Source: an uncultured Prochlorococcus sp.
GTDB taxonomy: Bacteria; Cyanobacteriota; Cyanobacteriia; PCC-6307; Cyanobiaceae
Direction: 5' to 3'
Length of the DNA stretch: 51,627 nt
NCBI GenBank assembly: GCA_902534685.1
Contig: CACAQP010000001.1
Coordinates: 1-51,627, forward strand
The notes under the pieces are model-generated. The model made no database searches. It was given only the letters and a program-made list of their open reading frames with translations, and was not told the origin of the DNA. Position numbers and translations under genes: made by a program. This document shows positions 50,744 through 51,627 of this stretch, in pieces. How positions within the stretch are numbered: position 1 is the first letter of the stretch; each line of letters opens with the position of its first letter.

Positions 50744-51201
50744 AATTTTGCAAACCCAAACCCAAGTCAATTTTGAGTTTGGATATAGGTATCAAAAGAA
50801 TAGGATTAGCTTATTGTGATCCCCTTTGCATAACATCAAATATACTTCCAGCAGTAAAACGGTTTGATAATAATCAAGAGATTAAAATCATTAGAAATTA
50901 TATAAATCAATTTAATTTGACAGGATTTATTGTAGGTATACCACTAGATGACAGAGGTAAAATGACAGCTCAAGCTATTGACTGTAAAAATTACGGTCAA
51001 TTACTTTCAAATGAATTAAAGCTTCCATTTTCTTATGTCAATGAACATAGTTCAACCTGGGAATCTTCATATAGATTTGGAATAAAAAAAGACAAATCCG
51101 GATTGATTGATAGTTTTTCAGCAAAAATAATACTTGAACAATGGATCGAAGAGGGTCCTGAATTAGAAGAAATAGCTGGTAAACGTCAGATAAAATACTA
51201 G
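50740..51201 (+). CDS. ruvX: YqgF/RuvX pre-16S rRNA nuclease
   Basis: [34 protein letters not shown]. Confidence 0.93.
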   Translation: MKFCKPKPKSILSLDIGIKRIGLAYCDPLCITSNILPAVKRFDNNQEIKIIRNYINQFNLTGFIVGIPLDDRGKMTAQAIDCKNYGQLLSNELKLPFSYVNEHSSTWESSYRFGIKKDKSGLIDSFSAKIILEQWIEEGPELEEIAGKRQIKY

Positions 51202-51227
51202 TATAAAAAAGGATAGATAATTTTTAA

Positions 51228-51627
51228 ATGAAAGAAGCCAACTCAAATGATAATTATAATGCACAGACTCTTTTATTAAATGATTCAAATGGAAACGAGC
51301 TATTTTGTTATCTTGAACAATTAGTAAATGTTGAAGGCAAAGAATATGCTTTATTAACACCAGTTGATACTCCAGTGAGTCTTTTTAAGATAAATGAAAA
51401 AGATGAACCTGAACTTATTGATAAAATAGATAAAAATGAACAAATACTAAAAAATGCTGAAGCAGTTCTTCAAGAACATGATTTAAAACTTATCAGATCA
51501 GCAGTTACATTAACCGTATCAGGAGAACTTGAAGAACCAATTTACGATGAATTAGAGGAAGATTATGTCGATGATGATAGTGAGAGTTATGAATTGCTCG
51601 TTAACTTTAATCTTTTTGACCAAGAAT
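51228..51627 (+). CDS. DUF3727/DUF1292-type conserved cyanobacterial protein, 3'-truncated
   Basis: MKEANSND...CYLEQ...EYALLTPVDTPV...LIRSAVTLTVSGEL; open to the window end. Confidence 0.8.
   Translation, partial: MKEANSNDNYNAQTLLLNDSNGNELFCYLEQLVNVEGKEYALLTPVDTPVSLFKINEKDEPELIDKIDKNEQILKNAEAVLQEHDLKLIRSAVTLTVSGELEEPIYDELEEDYVDDDSESYELLVNFNLFDQE

Noticed and set aside
1355-51360. Many 60-156 aa ORFs antisense to or inside clear genes (e.g. 1355-1537, 6252-6446, 9261-9800, 13454-13948, 22014-22319, 26467-26898, 29559-30029, 30697-31131, 40578-40844, 45768-46178, 51163-51360)
   Set aside because: Shadow frames of well-supported genes, with no motifs of their own.
1-51627. CRISPR arrays, IS elements, prophage genes, rRNA
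   Set aside because: No regularly spaced repeats, transposase/integrase/structural motifs or rRNA-like GC-rich stretches were seen.

Overview
AT-rich cyanobacterial chromosome segment. Gene content (intact dnaE, chlorophyllide a oxygenase-like Rieske protein, urease/urt cluster, ycf55) points to a high-light Prochlorococcus. Layout: (1) 1-14.9 kb core genes (ruvA, rpsO, PAM68, dnaE, gatA, rlmB, mini-RNase III, carA, trpD, ABC exporter, msrA). (2) tRNA-Pro(GGG), uppP and several small ORFs missing from the ORF track, including a clear NdhP homologue. (3) A nitrogen-limitation block: an NtcA-boxed DUF1830 gene, a glucosylglycerate synthesis/recycling cluster, ureDABC/ureEFG and urtABCDE. (4) A 32.2-36.1 kb patch of small hypothetical genes, containing a ribbon-helix-helix regulator flanked by repeated operator-like motifs. 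(5) A CAO-like oxygenase operon with a coupled 33-aa membrane peptide. (6) An iron block (Crp-family regulator, ferritin, futC) with three Fur boxes and an unlisted 40-aa Lys/Cys-rich peptide. (7) Core genes to the end (nth, pgsA, hisA, ycf55, ruvX). No CRISPR, integrase or transposase was seen. The best candidates for undescribed biology are the Fur-boxed Cys-rich micropeptide, the RHH operator module and the CAO-coupled peptide. All family assignments come from motif recognition, not database searches.
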